The translations under genes were made by a program, and so were the position numbers. 48,008 nt of DNA from a virus (Duplodnaviria; Heunggongvirae; Uroviricota; Caudoviricetes). The notes under the pieces are model-generated. The model made no database searches and was not told the DNA's origin. It saw nothing but the letters and a program-made list of their open reading frames with translations. This document shows positions 1-9,750 of this stretch, piece by piece. How positions within the stretch are numbered: the first letter of the stretch is position 1; each line of letters begins with the position of its first letter. The DNA is taken from the IMG/VR virus record IMGVR_UViG_2850778813_000004. The stretch is one strand, 5' to 3'.

Positions 1-420
1 ATGGAACAGAAAGCATTATCTGCAGAACCCCGCAGATCATTTTCAAATGAGTTTAAACTTCAAATGGTTAAACTGGCTTCACAACCAGGAGCCTCTGTTG
101 CCCGTATTGCCCGGGAACACGATATCAATGATAACCTGCTGTTCAAATGGCTCAGGCTCTGGCAGAACGAAGGGCGCATATCGCGGCGTCTTCCGGTAAC
201 AACCTCTTCTGACACTGGCGTTGAATTATTACCTGTGGAGATAACGCCGGATGAGCCGAAAGAACCGGTGGCTGCTCTTACTCCGTCTTTATCTACTCAG
301 ACTACAGTTAGTGCCAGCTCCTGCAAGGTGGAGTTCCGTCACGGTAACATGACGCTGGAAAATCCTTCACCAGAGCTGCTCACAGTGTTGATCCGTGAAC
401 TGACCGGGAGGGGACGATGA
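1..420 (+). CDS. IS66-family accessory protein TnpA (orfA)
   Basis: 139-aa ORF at the start of the three-gene IS66 unit; helix-turn-helix-like N-terminus; identical to 45619-46038. Confidence 0.85.
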   Translation: MEQKALSAEPRRSFSNEFKLQMVKLASQPGASVARIAREHDINDNLLFKWLRLWQNEGRISRRLPVTTSSDTGVELLPVEITPDEPKEPVAALTPSLSTQTTVSASSCKVEFRHGNMTLENPSPELLTVLIRELTGRGR

Positions 421-767
421 TCTCACACCCGTCAGGCACCCGCATCTGGCTCGTTGCTGGGATAACCGATATGCGTAAGTCTTTCAACGGGCTGGGTGAA
501 CAGGTACAGCATGTGCTGAATGATAATCCCTTCTCCGGTCACCTGTTCATCTTCCGTGGCCGACGGGGTGACATGATTAAAATCCTGTGGGCTGATGCTG
601 ATGGTCTGTGCCTGTTCACCAGACGCCTGGAGGAAGGCCAGTTTATCTGGCCTGCTGTGCGTGACGGCAAGGTATCCATTACCCGCTCGCAACTGGCAAT
701 GCTCCTCGATAAGCTGGACTGGCGTCAGCCAAAAACATCCCGCCTTAACGCACTGACAATGTTGTAA
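417..767 (+). CDS. IS66-family TnpB (orfB)
   Basis: 116-aa ORF overlapping orfA stop by 4 nt (ATGA); identical to 46035-46385. Confidence 0.85.
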   Translation: MISHPSGTRIWLVAGITDMRKSFNGLGEQVQHVLNDNPFSGHLFIFRGRRGDMIKILWADADGLCLFTRRLEEGQFIWPAVRDGKVSITRSQLAMLLDKLDWRQPKTSRLNALTML

Positions 768-797
768 AAATGTCATGGCCGGATTATAAAAACGGCC

Positions 798-2390
798 ATG
801 AATCAAAAATACCTCATTCGCATTGCAGAACTGGAATGCCAGCTCCGTCAGAAAGACCAGCAACTGAGTCTGGTTGAAGAGACGGAGGCCTTCCTGCGCT
901 CTGCACTGGCCCGCGCCGAAGAAAAGATCGAAGAAGATGAACGGGAAATAGAACATCTGCGGGCTCAGATAGAAAAACTGCGCCGGATGCTGTTCGGTAC
1001 CCGTTCTGAAAAACTGCGTCGTGAAGTTGAACAGGCTGAGGCCCTGCTGAAACAACGCGAACAGGACAGTGATCGTTACAGTGGGCGGGAAGACGATCCG
1101 CAGGTTCCCCGCCAGTTGCGACAGTCTCGTCATCGTCGCCCGTTACCGGAGCATCTGCCCCGCGAAATAAATCGCCTGGAGCCAGAAGAAAGCTGTTGCC
1201 CGGAGTGTGGCGGTGAGCTGGATTATCTGGGGGAAGTCAGCGCAGAACAACTGGAACTGGTGAGCAGCGCTCTGAAAGTGATCCGCACAGAACGGGTAAA
1301 AAAAGCCTGTACAAAATGTGACTGCATCGTTGAAGCACCGGCACCATCCCGTCCGATAGAGCGTGGTATCGCGGGCCCGGGGTTACTTGCCCGCATGTTA
1401 ACGGGAAAATACTGCGAACACCTGCCACTGTATCGTCAGAGTGAAATTTTTGCCCGTCAGGGTGTCGAACTGAGCCGTGCATTACTCTCCAACTGGGTTG
1501 ACGCGTGCTGCCAGTTAATGACGCCGCTGAATGATGCTCTGTACCGTTATGTGATGAACAGCCGCAAAGTTCACACTGATGACACACCAGTAAAAGTGCT
1601 GGCACCGGGCAGGAAGAAGGCGAAAACAGGATATATCTGGACGTATGTCCGGGATGACAGGAATGCCGGTTCGCCAGAGCCTCCGGCGGTCTGGTTCGCC
1701 TACTCACCGGACCATCAGGGTAAACATCCGGAGCAGCACCTTAGTCCCTTCCGGGGTATCCTGCAGGCAGATGCGTTTAATGGTTACGATCGGCTGTTCA
1801 GTGCCGAACGAGAAGGCGGCGCGTTGACGGAAGCAGGATGCTGGGCTCATGCGCGGCGCAAAGTCCACGATGTATATATCAGTACCAAAAGCGCGACAGC
1901 GGAAGAAGCCCTGAAACTAATCGGTGAGCTGTACGCCATCGAGCACGAAATACGCGGGTTGCCGGTGTCTGAACGCCTGGCGGTCAGGCAAATGCAGAGT
2001 AAACCGCTACTGACTTCCCTGTATAAGCTGATGCAGGAGAAAGAACACACGTTATCGAAAAAATGCCGTCTGAGAGATGCGTTCCGGTATATCAGGAAGC
2101 ACTGGGTTGCGTTGTGCAACTTCAGTGATGATGGTCTGGCTGAGGCGGATAATAATGCCGCGGAAAGAGCGCTTCGTGCAGTCTGTCTCGGAAAGAAAAA
2201 CTTTATGTTCTTCGGCAGCGATCACGGTGGAGAGCGTGGTGCGCTACTGTACGGGCTGATCGGCACCTGCCGACTGAACGGTATCGATCCGGAAGCGTAT
2301 CTGCGCTATATCCTGAGCGTACTGCCGGAATGGCCTTCCAACCGTGTTGACGAACTCCTGCCATGGAACGTAGCACTCACCAATAAATAA
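798..2390 (+). CDS. IS66-family transposase TnpC
   Basis: 530-aa ORF with coiled-coil N-terminus, CxxC...CxxC zinc-finger motif (CPECG...CTKCD) and the conserved IS66 catalytic region; second copy at 46416-48008. Confidence 0.9.
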   Translation: MNQKYLIRIAELECQLRQKDQQLSLVEETEAFLRSALARAEEKIEEDEREIEHLRAQIEKLRRMLFGTRSEKLRREVEQAEALLKQREQDSDRYSGREDDPQVPRQLRQSRHRRPLPEHLPREINRLEPEESCCPECGGELDYLGEVSAEQLELVSSALKVIRTERVKKACTKCDCIVEAPAPSRPIERGIAGPGLLARMLTGKYCEHLPLYRQSEIFARQGVELSRALLSNWVDACCQLMTPLNDALYRYVMNSRKVHTDDTPVKVLAPGRKKAKTGYIWTYVRDDRNAGSPEPPAVWFAYSPDHQGKHPEQHLSPFRGILQADAFNGYDRLFSAEREGGALTEAGCWAHARRKVHDVYISTKSATAEEALKLIGELYAIEHEIRGLPVSERLAVRQMQSKPLLTSLYKLMQEKEHTLSKKCRLRDAFRYIRKHWVALCNFSDDGLAEADNNAAERALRAVCLGKKNFMFFGSDHGGERGALLYGLIGTCRLNGIDPEAYLRYILSVLPEWPSNRVDELLPWNVALTNK

Positions 2391-2414
2391 GCGTCAATAC
2401 GGTGCTCCGTTGAC

Positions 2415-2986
2415 GCTGATATGACTTTCCGTGTCAAACCGGAATCTCTAATTTTGACGATTTTCTTTTTAGGTTTAATTCCCTGAGGGCGACGTAGCAG
2501 TAAATCCGACGGTGAATCACGCTGATATTCGCGGGTTGGATACCGCATTACAGAGGTCCGTCATATGAGCCTGCCACTTTCTTACGTCGCGAATCAGCTT
2601 TGTTCCGCCGTCGCCAAGCGCTAACGTGGGTTACTCTTGTACCGGGCTACGTCGCCTTCAGGGAACTGGTTATTCTCATTTTTTATTTGTGACATTGTGG
2701 TTGTTGTGCGACAGACATTGCTATTCGGCCCATATCCCAGATAAAACCCGCCAGCTCACGTGCAACAGCAACAATTGTAATATTGACATTCTTTCCTTTG
2801 GCCTGAAGTTTTCGATACCTCTTACAAAGCCTGAGTTGAGCATCCCATGCTCTGTCAATGACGGGGCGGGGTAAATTTTCCTGCCTTTTTTGTATTGCCG
2901 GACTGATGCGTGCCGGATGACGGTAACTCCACGCTGCCTCGACCAATAGCTTTCTGGCATAGCTGTTTCCGGCTTTGGTAATGCTG
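2415..2986. repeat. 568-bp tandem direct duplication of 2983-3554 (IS110-family transposase 3' end plus downstream sequence)
   Basis: Identity starts at 2415 vs 2983 (gctgatatgactttcc...) and runs to 2986 vs 3554; the units share a 4-bp junction gctg. Duplicated ORFs 2626-2874 and 3194-3442 are identical. Confidence 0.9.
2683..2946 (-). pseudogene. Duplicated 3' fragment of the IS110-family transposase gene
   Basis: 87-aa ORF identical to the C-terminal 87 residues of the 3251-4378 transposase; lies inside the tandem duplicate. Confidence 0.8.
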
Positions 2987-4500
2987 ATATGACTTTCCGT
3001 GTCAAACCGGAATCTCTAATTTTGACGATTTTCTTTTTAGGTTTAATTCCCTGAGGGCGACGTAGCAGTAAATCCGACGGTGAATCACGCTGATATTCGC
3101 GGGTTGGATACCGCATTACAGAGGTCCGTCATATGAGCCTGCCACTTTCTTACGTCGCGAATCAGCTTTGTTCCGCCGTCGCCAAGCGCTAACGTGGGTT
3201 ACTCTTGTACCGGGCTACGTCGCCTTCAGGGAACTGGTTATTCTCATTTTTTATTTGTGACATTGTGGTTGTTGTGCGACAGACATTGCTATTCGGCCCA
3301 TATCCCAGATAAAACCCGCCAGCTCACGTGCAACAGCAACAATTGTAATATTGACATTCTTTCCTTTGGCCTGAAGTTTTCGATACCTCTTACAAAGCCT
3401 GAGTTGAGCATCCCATGCTCTGTCAATGACGGGGCGGGGTAAATTTTCCTGCCTTTTTTGTATTGCCGGACTGATGCGTGCCGGATGACGGTAACTCCAC
3501 GCTGCCTCGACCAATAGCTTTCTGGCATAGCTGTTTCCGGCTTTGGTAATGCTGCCCTGATGTCTGCTTCCACCCGATGAATATTCTGATGGCGTGATAC
3601 CAAACCATGACATCAGTTGTCGTGGATGTTCAAAACGGGTCAGATCACCCAGTTCAGAAATTAATCCAACCGCAGTAATAAACTGAATCCCTCGCATGGC
3701 TTGCAGCGCCTCTACTACCGGATACAGCCTCCATTCGGTAACGGCCTCCTTCAGGGCGGATTCCAGCCGTTCACATTGTGCCTGCCGGTCTTCTATTGTA
3801 CGACGGTGTTCGTCAAAAGCTAATTGTCGCCAGGGACTTTCGAATGAGTATTTGCTGAGCCAGCGTCGGTGTGCAGGGCCCCAATCTGCTCGCCCGACAT
3901 AATGGACCCCATGAACCAGAAGAAACGATTTCAGACGTTGCCTTGCATGCCGTAAATCATCGCGGGCAGATGCCCATGCCCGGGCCAAATCCCGGAATGC
4001 CTCATCTTCAATGCCGGGTACGTAGACAGCAGAAAGATCTCCTGCACGCAGTGAACGCACAAGTCTGATGGCATCACGGCGATCGGTTTTAACCCGCTCC
4101 CCCGGTTTTTTCGGGATAAGTGAGGGGGCGCAGACCATGCAGTCAAAACCGGATTTCACCAGCCGACGATAAAGTCCATAACCACAGGGCCCCGCTTCAT
4201 AAACGATACTGACCTGCGATGACTTTGACCTGAGACGTTTACAAAGATTCTGAATATCAGTAGGTGATGTGCCAATTTTACCCATCAGTTCAACAGGTTC
4301 TGAATTGATAGCATAAGCGACAGTAATCGATTCTTTGTGAACATCTAACCCGACGTACAATGTGTTATTGTTGTTCATGCTGGCCTCCGTGGTGGAAATA
4401 CCGGGGTGTAGCAACAGCTCACCCATGCGGCTCTGACAACGATGTTAACCCGCGTTAAATATCCCACGTTGGCCAGCATCTGTCTCACGGAAAGTCATAC
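2987..4500 (-). mobile_element. IS110-family insertion sequence (boundaries approximate)
   Basis: Single transposase gene with DEDD-type N-terminus (LYVGLDVHKESI); no terminal inverted repeats, as expected for IS110. rcnA homology resumes at about 4505; the lower boundary is taken at the duplication junction. Confidence 0.6.
3251..4378 (-). CDS. IS110-family transposase
   Basis: 375 aa from ATG at 4378, preceded by GGAGG (complement of 4386-4390). N-terminal MNNNNTLYVGLDVHKE motif and C-terminal region typical of IS110/IS1111 transposases. Confidence 0.85.
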   Translation of the reverse strand: MNNNNTLYVGLDVHKESITVAYAINSEPVELMGKIGTSPTDIQNLCKRLRSKSSQVSIVYEAGPCGYGLYRRLVKSGFDCMVCAPSLIPKKPGERVKTDRRDAIRLVRSLRAGDLSAVYVPGIEDEAFRDLARAWASARDDLRHARQRLKSFLLVHGVHYVGRADWGPAHRRWLSKYSFESPWRQLAFDEHRRTIEDRQAQCERLESALKEAVTEWRLYPVVEALQAMRGIQFITAVGLISELGDLTRFEHPRQLMSWFGITPSEYSSGGSRHQGSITKAGNSYARKLLVEAAWSYRHPARISPAIQKRQENLPRPVIDRAWDAQLRLCKRYRKLQAKGKNVNITIVAVARELAGFIWDMGRIAMSVAQQPQCHK

Positions 4501-4506
4501 TGCCTT

Positions 4507-5088
4507 ACTGCTCAATCAGCAGAACCGTGGCTCCAGCTGATTTCCGCAGTGATCATTATTAGCACCGCGTTCTGGATGTTCTGGCGTACCTGGCGCGGCG
4601 AACGCAACTGGCTGGAGAATATGCACGGGCATGATTATGAGCATCATCATCACGATCACGAACATCACCACGACCATGGACATCATCACCATCACGAACA
4701 TGGCGAGTATCAGGATGCCCATGCACGAGCCCATGCCAATGACATTAAACGACGCTTTGATGGTAGAGAGGTCACCAACTGGCAAATTTTGTTATTTGGC
4801 TTAACCGGTGGCCTTATCCCCTGCCCGGCAGCAATTACCGTGCTGTTGATATGCATTCAGTTGAAAGCCCTGACACTGGGCGCAACACTGGTCGTCAGTT
4901 TCAGCATTGGCCTGGCGTTAACGCTTGTCACCGTAGGCGTTGGCGCAGCAATCAGCGTTCAGCAGGTCGCAAAACGCTGGAGCGGATTTAACACTCTCGC
5001 TAAACGCGCCCCCTATTTTTCCAGTCTGTTGATTGGCTTAGTCGGTGTGTATATGGGCGTACATGGCTTCATGGGCATAATGCGATAA
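4507..5088 (+). pseudogene. rcnA: rcnA nickel/cobalt efflux gene, 5'-truncated (about 105 N-terminal codons missing)
   Basis: Reading frame matches RcnA from ...TAQSAEPWLQLISAVIIISTAFW through the His-rich loop (HDYEHHHHDHEHHHDHGHHHHHEHGE) to the C-terminus; homology starts abruptly next to the IS110-family element. Confidence 0.8.
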
Positions 5089-5306
5089 CTCAATCCTTTA
5101 GGCTTGCATGTTATCTTCAGCCCAGGATGATTCTTAAATCAGCTATTTCCGCTGACTCTCTGCTCGCTAAGGATGCTTTTAGGGCATCCTTTCATTTACA
5201 CTTTTTACGAAATCATGGGATCACTAACAAAATATCGCTTGTCAGTTATATTGTATGGCAGGAAAGATATGCGACTGATATTACAGATCCCCAAAGTGGA
5301 GAGTTT

Positions 5307-5645
5307 ATGACCATTAAAAATAAGATGTTGCTGGGTGCGCTTTTGCTGGTTACCAGTGCCGCCTGGGCCGCACCAGCCACCGCGGGTTCGACCAATACCT
5401 CGGGAATTTCTAAGTATGAGTTAAGCAGTTTCATTGCTGACTTTAAGCATTTCAAACCAGGCGATACCGTCCCAGAGATGTACCGCACCGATGAGTACAA
5501 CATTAAGCAGTGGCAGTTACGTAACCTGCCCGCGCCTGATGCCGGGACGCACTGGACCTATATGGGTGGCGCGTACGTGTTGATCAGCGACACCGACGGT
5601 AAAATCATTAAAGCCTACGACGGTGAGATTTTTTATCATCGCTAA
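5307..5645 (+). CDS. rcnB: RcnB periplasmic protein
   Basis: 112 aa from ATG at 5307 (SD aagtggagag) with signal peptide MTIKNKMLLGALLLVTSAAWA; stop TAA at 5643-5645 directly abuts IS1. Confidence 0.85.
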   Translation: MTIKNKMLLGALLLVTSAAWAAPATAGSTNTSGISKYELSSFIADFKHFKPGDTVPEMYRTDEYNIKQWQLRNLPAPDAGTHWTYMGGAYVLISDTDGKIIKAYDGEIFYHR

Positions 5646-5700
5646 GGTGATGCTGCCAACTTACTGATTTAGTGTATGATGGTGTTTTTGAGGTGCTCCA

Positions 5701-5976
5701 GTGGCTTCTGTTTCTATCAGCTGTCCCTCCTGTTCAGCTACTGACGGGGTGGTGCGTAACGGCAAAAGCACTGCCGGACATCAGCGCTATCTCTGCTCTC
5801 ACTGCCGTAAAACATGGCAACTGCAGTTCACTTACACCGCTTCTCAACCCGGTACGCACCAGAAAATTATTGATATGGCCATGAATGGCGTTGGATGCCG
5901 GGCAACTGCACGCATTATGGGCGTTAGCCTCAACACGATTTTACGTCACTTAAAAAACTCAGGCCGCAGTCGGTAA
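5701..5976 (+). CDS. insA: IS1 InsA
   Basis: 91-aa ORF (GTG start) [30 protein letters not shown]... Confidence 0.9.
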   Translation: MASVSISCPSCSATDGVVRNGKSTAGHQRYLCSHCRKTWQLQFTYTASQPGTHQKIIDMAMNGVGCRATARIMGVSLNTILRHLKNSGRSR

Positions 5977-6020
5977 CCTCGCGCATACAGCCGGGCAGTG
6001 ACGTCATCGTCTGCGCGGAA

Positions 6021-6263
6021 ATGGACGAACAGTGGGGATACGTCGGGGCTAAATCGCGCCAGCGCTGGCTGTTTTACGCGTATGACAGGCTCCGGAAGAC
6101 GGTTGTTGCGCACGTATTCGGTGAACGCACTATGGCGACGCTGGGGCGTCTTATGAGCTTGCTGTCACCCTTTGACGTGGTGATATGGATGACGGATGGC
6201 TGGCCACTGTATGAATCCCGCCTGAAGGGAAAGCTGCACGTAATCAGCAAGCGATATACGTAG
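6021..6263 (+). pseudogene. insB: IS1 insB with premature stop
   Basis: TAG at 6261-6263 where the other three copies have CAG (e.g. 15718-15720); ORF is 80 aa instead of 125. Confidence 0.75.
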
Positions 6264-6413
6264 CGAATTGAGCGGCATAACCTGAATCTGAGGCAGCACC
6301 TGGCACGGCTGGGACGGAAGTCGCTGTCGTTCTCAAAATCGGTGGAGCTGCATGACAAAGTCATCGGGCATTATCTGAACATAAAACACTATCAATAAGT
6401 TGGAGTCATTACC

Positions 6414-7037
6414 CCAGTTGTTTGCATTATTACTTTTGACATTAACACTCTGACTTTCTAAGGGGGCAATCATAATAGTTTCATAATTGACTTTGACATT
6501 ATTAGCTTTGACATCCGAAATCGTCACCCAATTAGCTGAGTCATTTTTTATCACCAATCCATTGCCACTGCGATTTATCAGTAACTTTTTAAAGGTCGCT
6601 TTATTCACCGGAGCAATACCCGCCGGCCGGTAAAACAATTTGATTCTGTTTTGCATCGCAAACTTCAGTGCATTCTTACCTTCTTGTTCTGGACTATTCG
6701 GTGGAATATCCAGAACATTAAGATAAAAAATACTTTCCTTATTACTGGGTAATTTATTAGGCATGATTTTAATTTTTATTTGTTGCCCAGAATTGGCCGC
6801 TACTTTCACTACTGGTGGCGTTAACATGAAAGGAACCTGAATCTTTTCTGGCGGCAGAGACGTGTCGCCATCATCAATCCACGCCTGCATCAGCGAAGAG
6901 CGGTTTCCCTGATTCATCAGTTTTACCATGACCTCTTTCTGCTCTGCCGGGTAAATGATACGGGTCCCGAAAATAACCATTCCGGCATGCACGGGGAATA
7001 TCATAGAAGAGATGAGTAAAGATAATAACCCTTTCAT
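6414..7037 (-). pseudogene. yehC: yehC-like fimbrial periplasmic chaperone, 3'-truncated by IS1
   Basis: PapD-like chaperone from ATG at 7037 (MKGLLSLLISSMIFPVHAG signal peptide); the ORF runs into IS1 at 6413 and ends in IS1-derived codons. Confidence 0.75.
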
Positions 7038-7124
7038 CTTAATGCCTCTTATATTTATGCTGGCCGCCATGAATATGGCGGCCATTTTAACTTACTGAAA
7101 AAACAAGATGATTATTTTAAATAT

Positions 7125-7667
7125 TTAATCCTGGGCAACACGCATAACCAATGAAGAGTTAACAGTACCAGATGCAACACCACTGTCAATCAACTTCAGA
7201 TATTTTGCCTTAAACGGTATTGCATATTGTCCATCAGCAGTTTTATAACTTTCAATATTAAATGGTGCGGAAATATCCAGTACGTCACTGCTATCTCCCA
7301 AATAGAGATAGTATCCAACTGTGTCATTACTACTGGATATTGCCTTATCATTACCAAGAATTTTCTCGTTGGTGATCAACGAAAGTTTTACGCCATCAAT
7401 AGTCTTCGGACAAGTAATTTTCAGCATACTGCTGGTTACACCAACCACGCCATCATAAGTTGAATATTTCGCTTTACCATCAAATACAGTGGTGGGTACA
7501 GTCGGCATATTAATACTGACTGAATCACCGCCAGCGACAAATGTACATGGTGATTCAGCAATATTACCTTTAATGGTTAAAGTTCCGGTATCTACTTCAG
7601 CAGCGAAAATACCAGCACTCATAAATACAGAAGATAAGACAGCGACAACAATAATTGAATGTTTCAT
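7125..7667 (-). CDS. yehD: YehD-like fimbrial major subunit
   Basis: 180-aa ORF with signal peptide and fimbrial-subunit C-terminal beta strand; K-12 synteny (yehD-yehE-mrp-metG). Confidence 0.8.
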   Translation of the reverse strand: MKHSIIVVAVLSSVFMSAGIFAAEVDTGTLTIKGNIAESPCTFVAGGDSVSINMPTVPTTVFDGKAKYSTYDGVVGVTSSMLKITCPKTIDGVKLSLITNEKILGNDKAISSSNDTVGYYLYLGDSSDVLDISAPFNIESYKTADGQYAIPFKAKYLKLIDSGVASGTVNSSLVMRVAQD

Positions 7668-7965
7668 GATGCATTCCTTAATAAGTTTATTTTGTTTTGT
7701 TAAGAGTCTGTATCTCTTGGAAACAAATTTCTCACATCAAAAAAGTTGCCGCAATGTAAACATATTGTTTTGTTGATTTAAAATAAATTAACTAATGCGA
7801 TATAAATACAACAAATAATTCGCTATAACAAACATTTTTGAAACTGATTAATTACCGTAAATTACCGTAAATAACATTCATGAGGTGAATAAAAAAGCCA
7901 AAATCATTCATAGGAATGATTTTGGCTTTTTAAATATGCTTAATGCTTAAAACGGTGTTGGCAAA

Positions 7966-8247
7966 TTAATCGTAGCGATTTAACACGATTTTGCGTTTGT
8001 CGTTATTACCCACAGTTACCACTTCTGTCGTAACGCCTTTTGCAGTAGAAGAAGCACGATAGTTGGTTTCAACTCGTTGTAACAACTGCCCACAACGTTG
8101 CTGAAGATGATTATTAACAACATCCATACTGCATGTAGGGGAACTAATTCTGCCATTGATGGTTAATGTTGCAGTCTCTGAAGAGAACGCGGGAGAAGCC
8201 AATCCATAGGCAAGAAAAATAATTCCTGACAGCCAATACTTATTCAT
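7966..8247 (-). CDS. yehE: YehE-like small secreted protein
   Basis: 93-aa ORF with signal peptide, positioned between yehD and mrp as in K-12. Confidence 0.7.
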   Translation of the reverse strand: MNKYWLSGIIFLAYGLASPAFSSETATLTINGRISSPTCSMDVVNNHLQQRCGQLLQRVETNYRASSTAKGVTTEVVTVGNNDKRKIVLNRYD

Positions 8248-8509
8248 TGAACGTTATCCCTGTAGTAAAGGTTATGCCTGGATAGAATGAGTGCATAACA
8301 AACTATAGCTGTACATCCACTACACAGCCACGAAGGATGATAATGAAGCATTGCCTGTACGATCAATCGACTTTGTAGAGTTTCGGACGAAGGTCCGCAG
8401 AATATTCGCAGTATTAAATAAGTGTTCATTAATGCGGCAAAAACAAATACACCGCATCAATATAACATCTCTGCGGTGTATGAAGAATAACCAGAATGGT
8501 TAATAGGCG

Positions 8510-9619
8510 TTAGACCGCGCGGAAGGAAATCTCGCCTGGAATGACTTCACCCTGCCAGTAGAGCTGAGCTGCAACGCGGTCAGCCAGCTGGCGGTAGATA
8601 GCGGTAAATTCGCTCTCCGGGCGGCTGATAACCGTTGGCGTGCCTTTATCGAGATCCTCACGTAAGGAGATGTGTAACGGCATCTGCCCCAGCAGCTGTG
8701 TATGGTATTTTTCAGCCAGTTTCTCTGCACCACCGGTACCGAAAATCGGTTCATGGTGACCACAGTTACTGCAAATATGCACACTCATGTTCTCGACAAT
8801 ACCGAGCACCGGAACCTCGACTTTCTCGAACATCACAATGCCTTTTTTCGCATCGATCAACGCGATGTCCTGCGGGGTGGTGACCACGACTGCACCAGTT
8901 ACTGGAATGTTTTGCGCCAGCGTCAATTGAATGTCACCGGTGCCTGGCGGCATATCAAGCACCAGATAGTCGAGATCCGGCCACAAGGTTTCCTGCAGCA
9001 TCTGCATTAACGCCTTGCTCGCCATCGGTCCACGCCACACCATCGCATTGTCGTCAGTGACCAGATAACCAATTGAATTGGTTGCCAGGCCATGAGACAT
9101 AATCGGTGCCATATGGGTACCGTCCGGCGAAGTTGGACGCTGATTTTCTGCGCCCAGCATGGTGGGAATTGATGGGCCGTAGATATCGGCGTCCAGAATG
9201 CCGACTTTCGCCCCTTCCGCCGCCAGTGCCAGCGCCAGGTTTACCGCCGTGGAGGATTTACCCACGCCGCCTTTACCGGAACTGACCGCAATGATGTTCT
9301 TCACGCCATTAATACCCGGCTGATTCTTCACGCGTTTTAAGGTGGCGATATTGTGCGACAGTTTCCAGTCGATAGCTTTCGCCCCGGTGATACGCAGCAG
9401 TTCGGCGCTACATTGCTCTTTTAACTCTTCAAACGCGCTATGCCAGACGAATGGCATAACCAGTTCCACATGCAACGTGTCGTCCATCCAGGCGACATGG
9501 TGCAACGCTTTCAGCGTGGTGAGGTTATGCTTCAGGGTTGGGTGCTGAAAATTGGCCAGTGTCCCGGCGACCATTGCGCGCAAGGCTTCTGGTGATTTGG
9601 CCTGGGATTGTTCGTTCAT
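8510..9619 (-). CDS. apbC: Mrp/ApbC iron-sulfur cluster carrier ATPase
   Basis: 369 aa from ATG at 9619; Walker A GKGGVGKSST, CxxC motif, MinD/ParA fold; divergent from metG as in K-12. Confidence 0.9.
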   Translation of the reverse strand: MNEQSQAKSPEALRAMVAGTLANFQHPTLKHNLTTLKALHHVAWMDDTLHVELVMPFVWHSAFEELKEQCSAELLRITGAKAIDWKLSHNIATLKRVKNQPGINGVKNIIAVSSGKGGVGKSSTAVNLALALAAEGAKVGILDADIYGPSIPTMLGAENQRPTSPDGTHMAPIMSHGLATNSIGYLVTDDNAMVWRGPMASKALMQMLQETLWPDLDYLVLDMPPGTGDIQLTLAQNIPVTGAVVVTTPQDIALIDAKKGIVMFEKVEVPVLGIVENMSVHICSNCGHHEPIFGTGGAEKLAEKYHTQLLGQMPLHISLREDLDKGTPTVISRPESEFTAIYRQLADRVAAQLYWQGEVIPGEISFRAV

Positions 9620-9750
9620 CCCGACTCCTTTTTTGTATAGATAAACCATCAGCTGATAGTTTACCTGAAGAATATAGAGAAGTACTTACTTAACATTTTC
9701 CCATTTGGTACTATCTAACCCCTTTTCACTATTAAGAAGTAATGCCTACT

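Larger units (their letters stand above)
1..2414 (+). mobile_element. IS66-family insertion sequence, copy 1 (left end outside window; right end unresolved, somewhere in 2391-2414)
   Basis: Three co-directional ORFs in the IS66 arrangement (orfA, orfB with ATGA overlap at 417-420, large tnpC). A second copy at 45533-48008 differs by at least one SNP (C1934 vs T47552), so they are distinct copies. No terminal inverted repeat could be matched on this side. Confidence 0.8.
5646..6413 (+). mobile_element. IS1 copy a (768 bp); no target-site duplication
   Basis: Ends GGTGATGCTGCCAACTTACTGAT ... AAGTTGGAGTCATTACC; insA at IS positions 56-331. Flanks (catcgctaa | ccagttgtt) are not a 9-bp direct repeat. 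Confidence 0.95.

Noticed and set aside
1237-2119. Antisense ORFs inside IS66 tnpC (1237-1707, 1847-2119 and their copy-2 counterparts)
   Set aside because: Inside a well-supported transposase gene; identical in both IS copies only because the IS is identical; no independent signals.
2391-2414. Attempt to define the IS66 right terminal inverted repeat
   Set aside because: No sequence complementary to the putative left end (GTAAGCGTAAACTGACC at 45533) is present after the tnpC stop; the terminus is probably disrupted by the IS110-family sequence, so no repeat feature was called.
8635-9548. Plus-strand ORFs antisense to mrp/apbC
   Set aside because: Inside a highly conserved housekeeping gene on the opposite strand; no signals.
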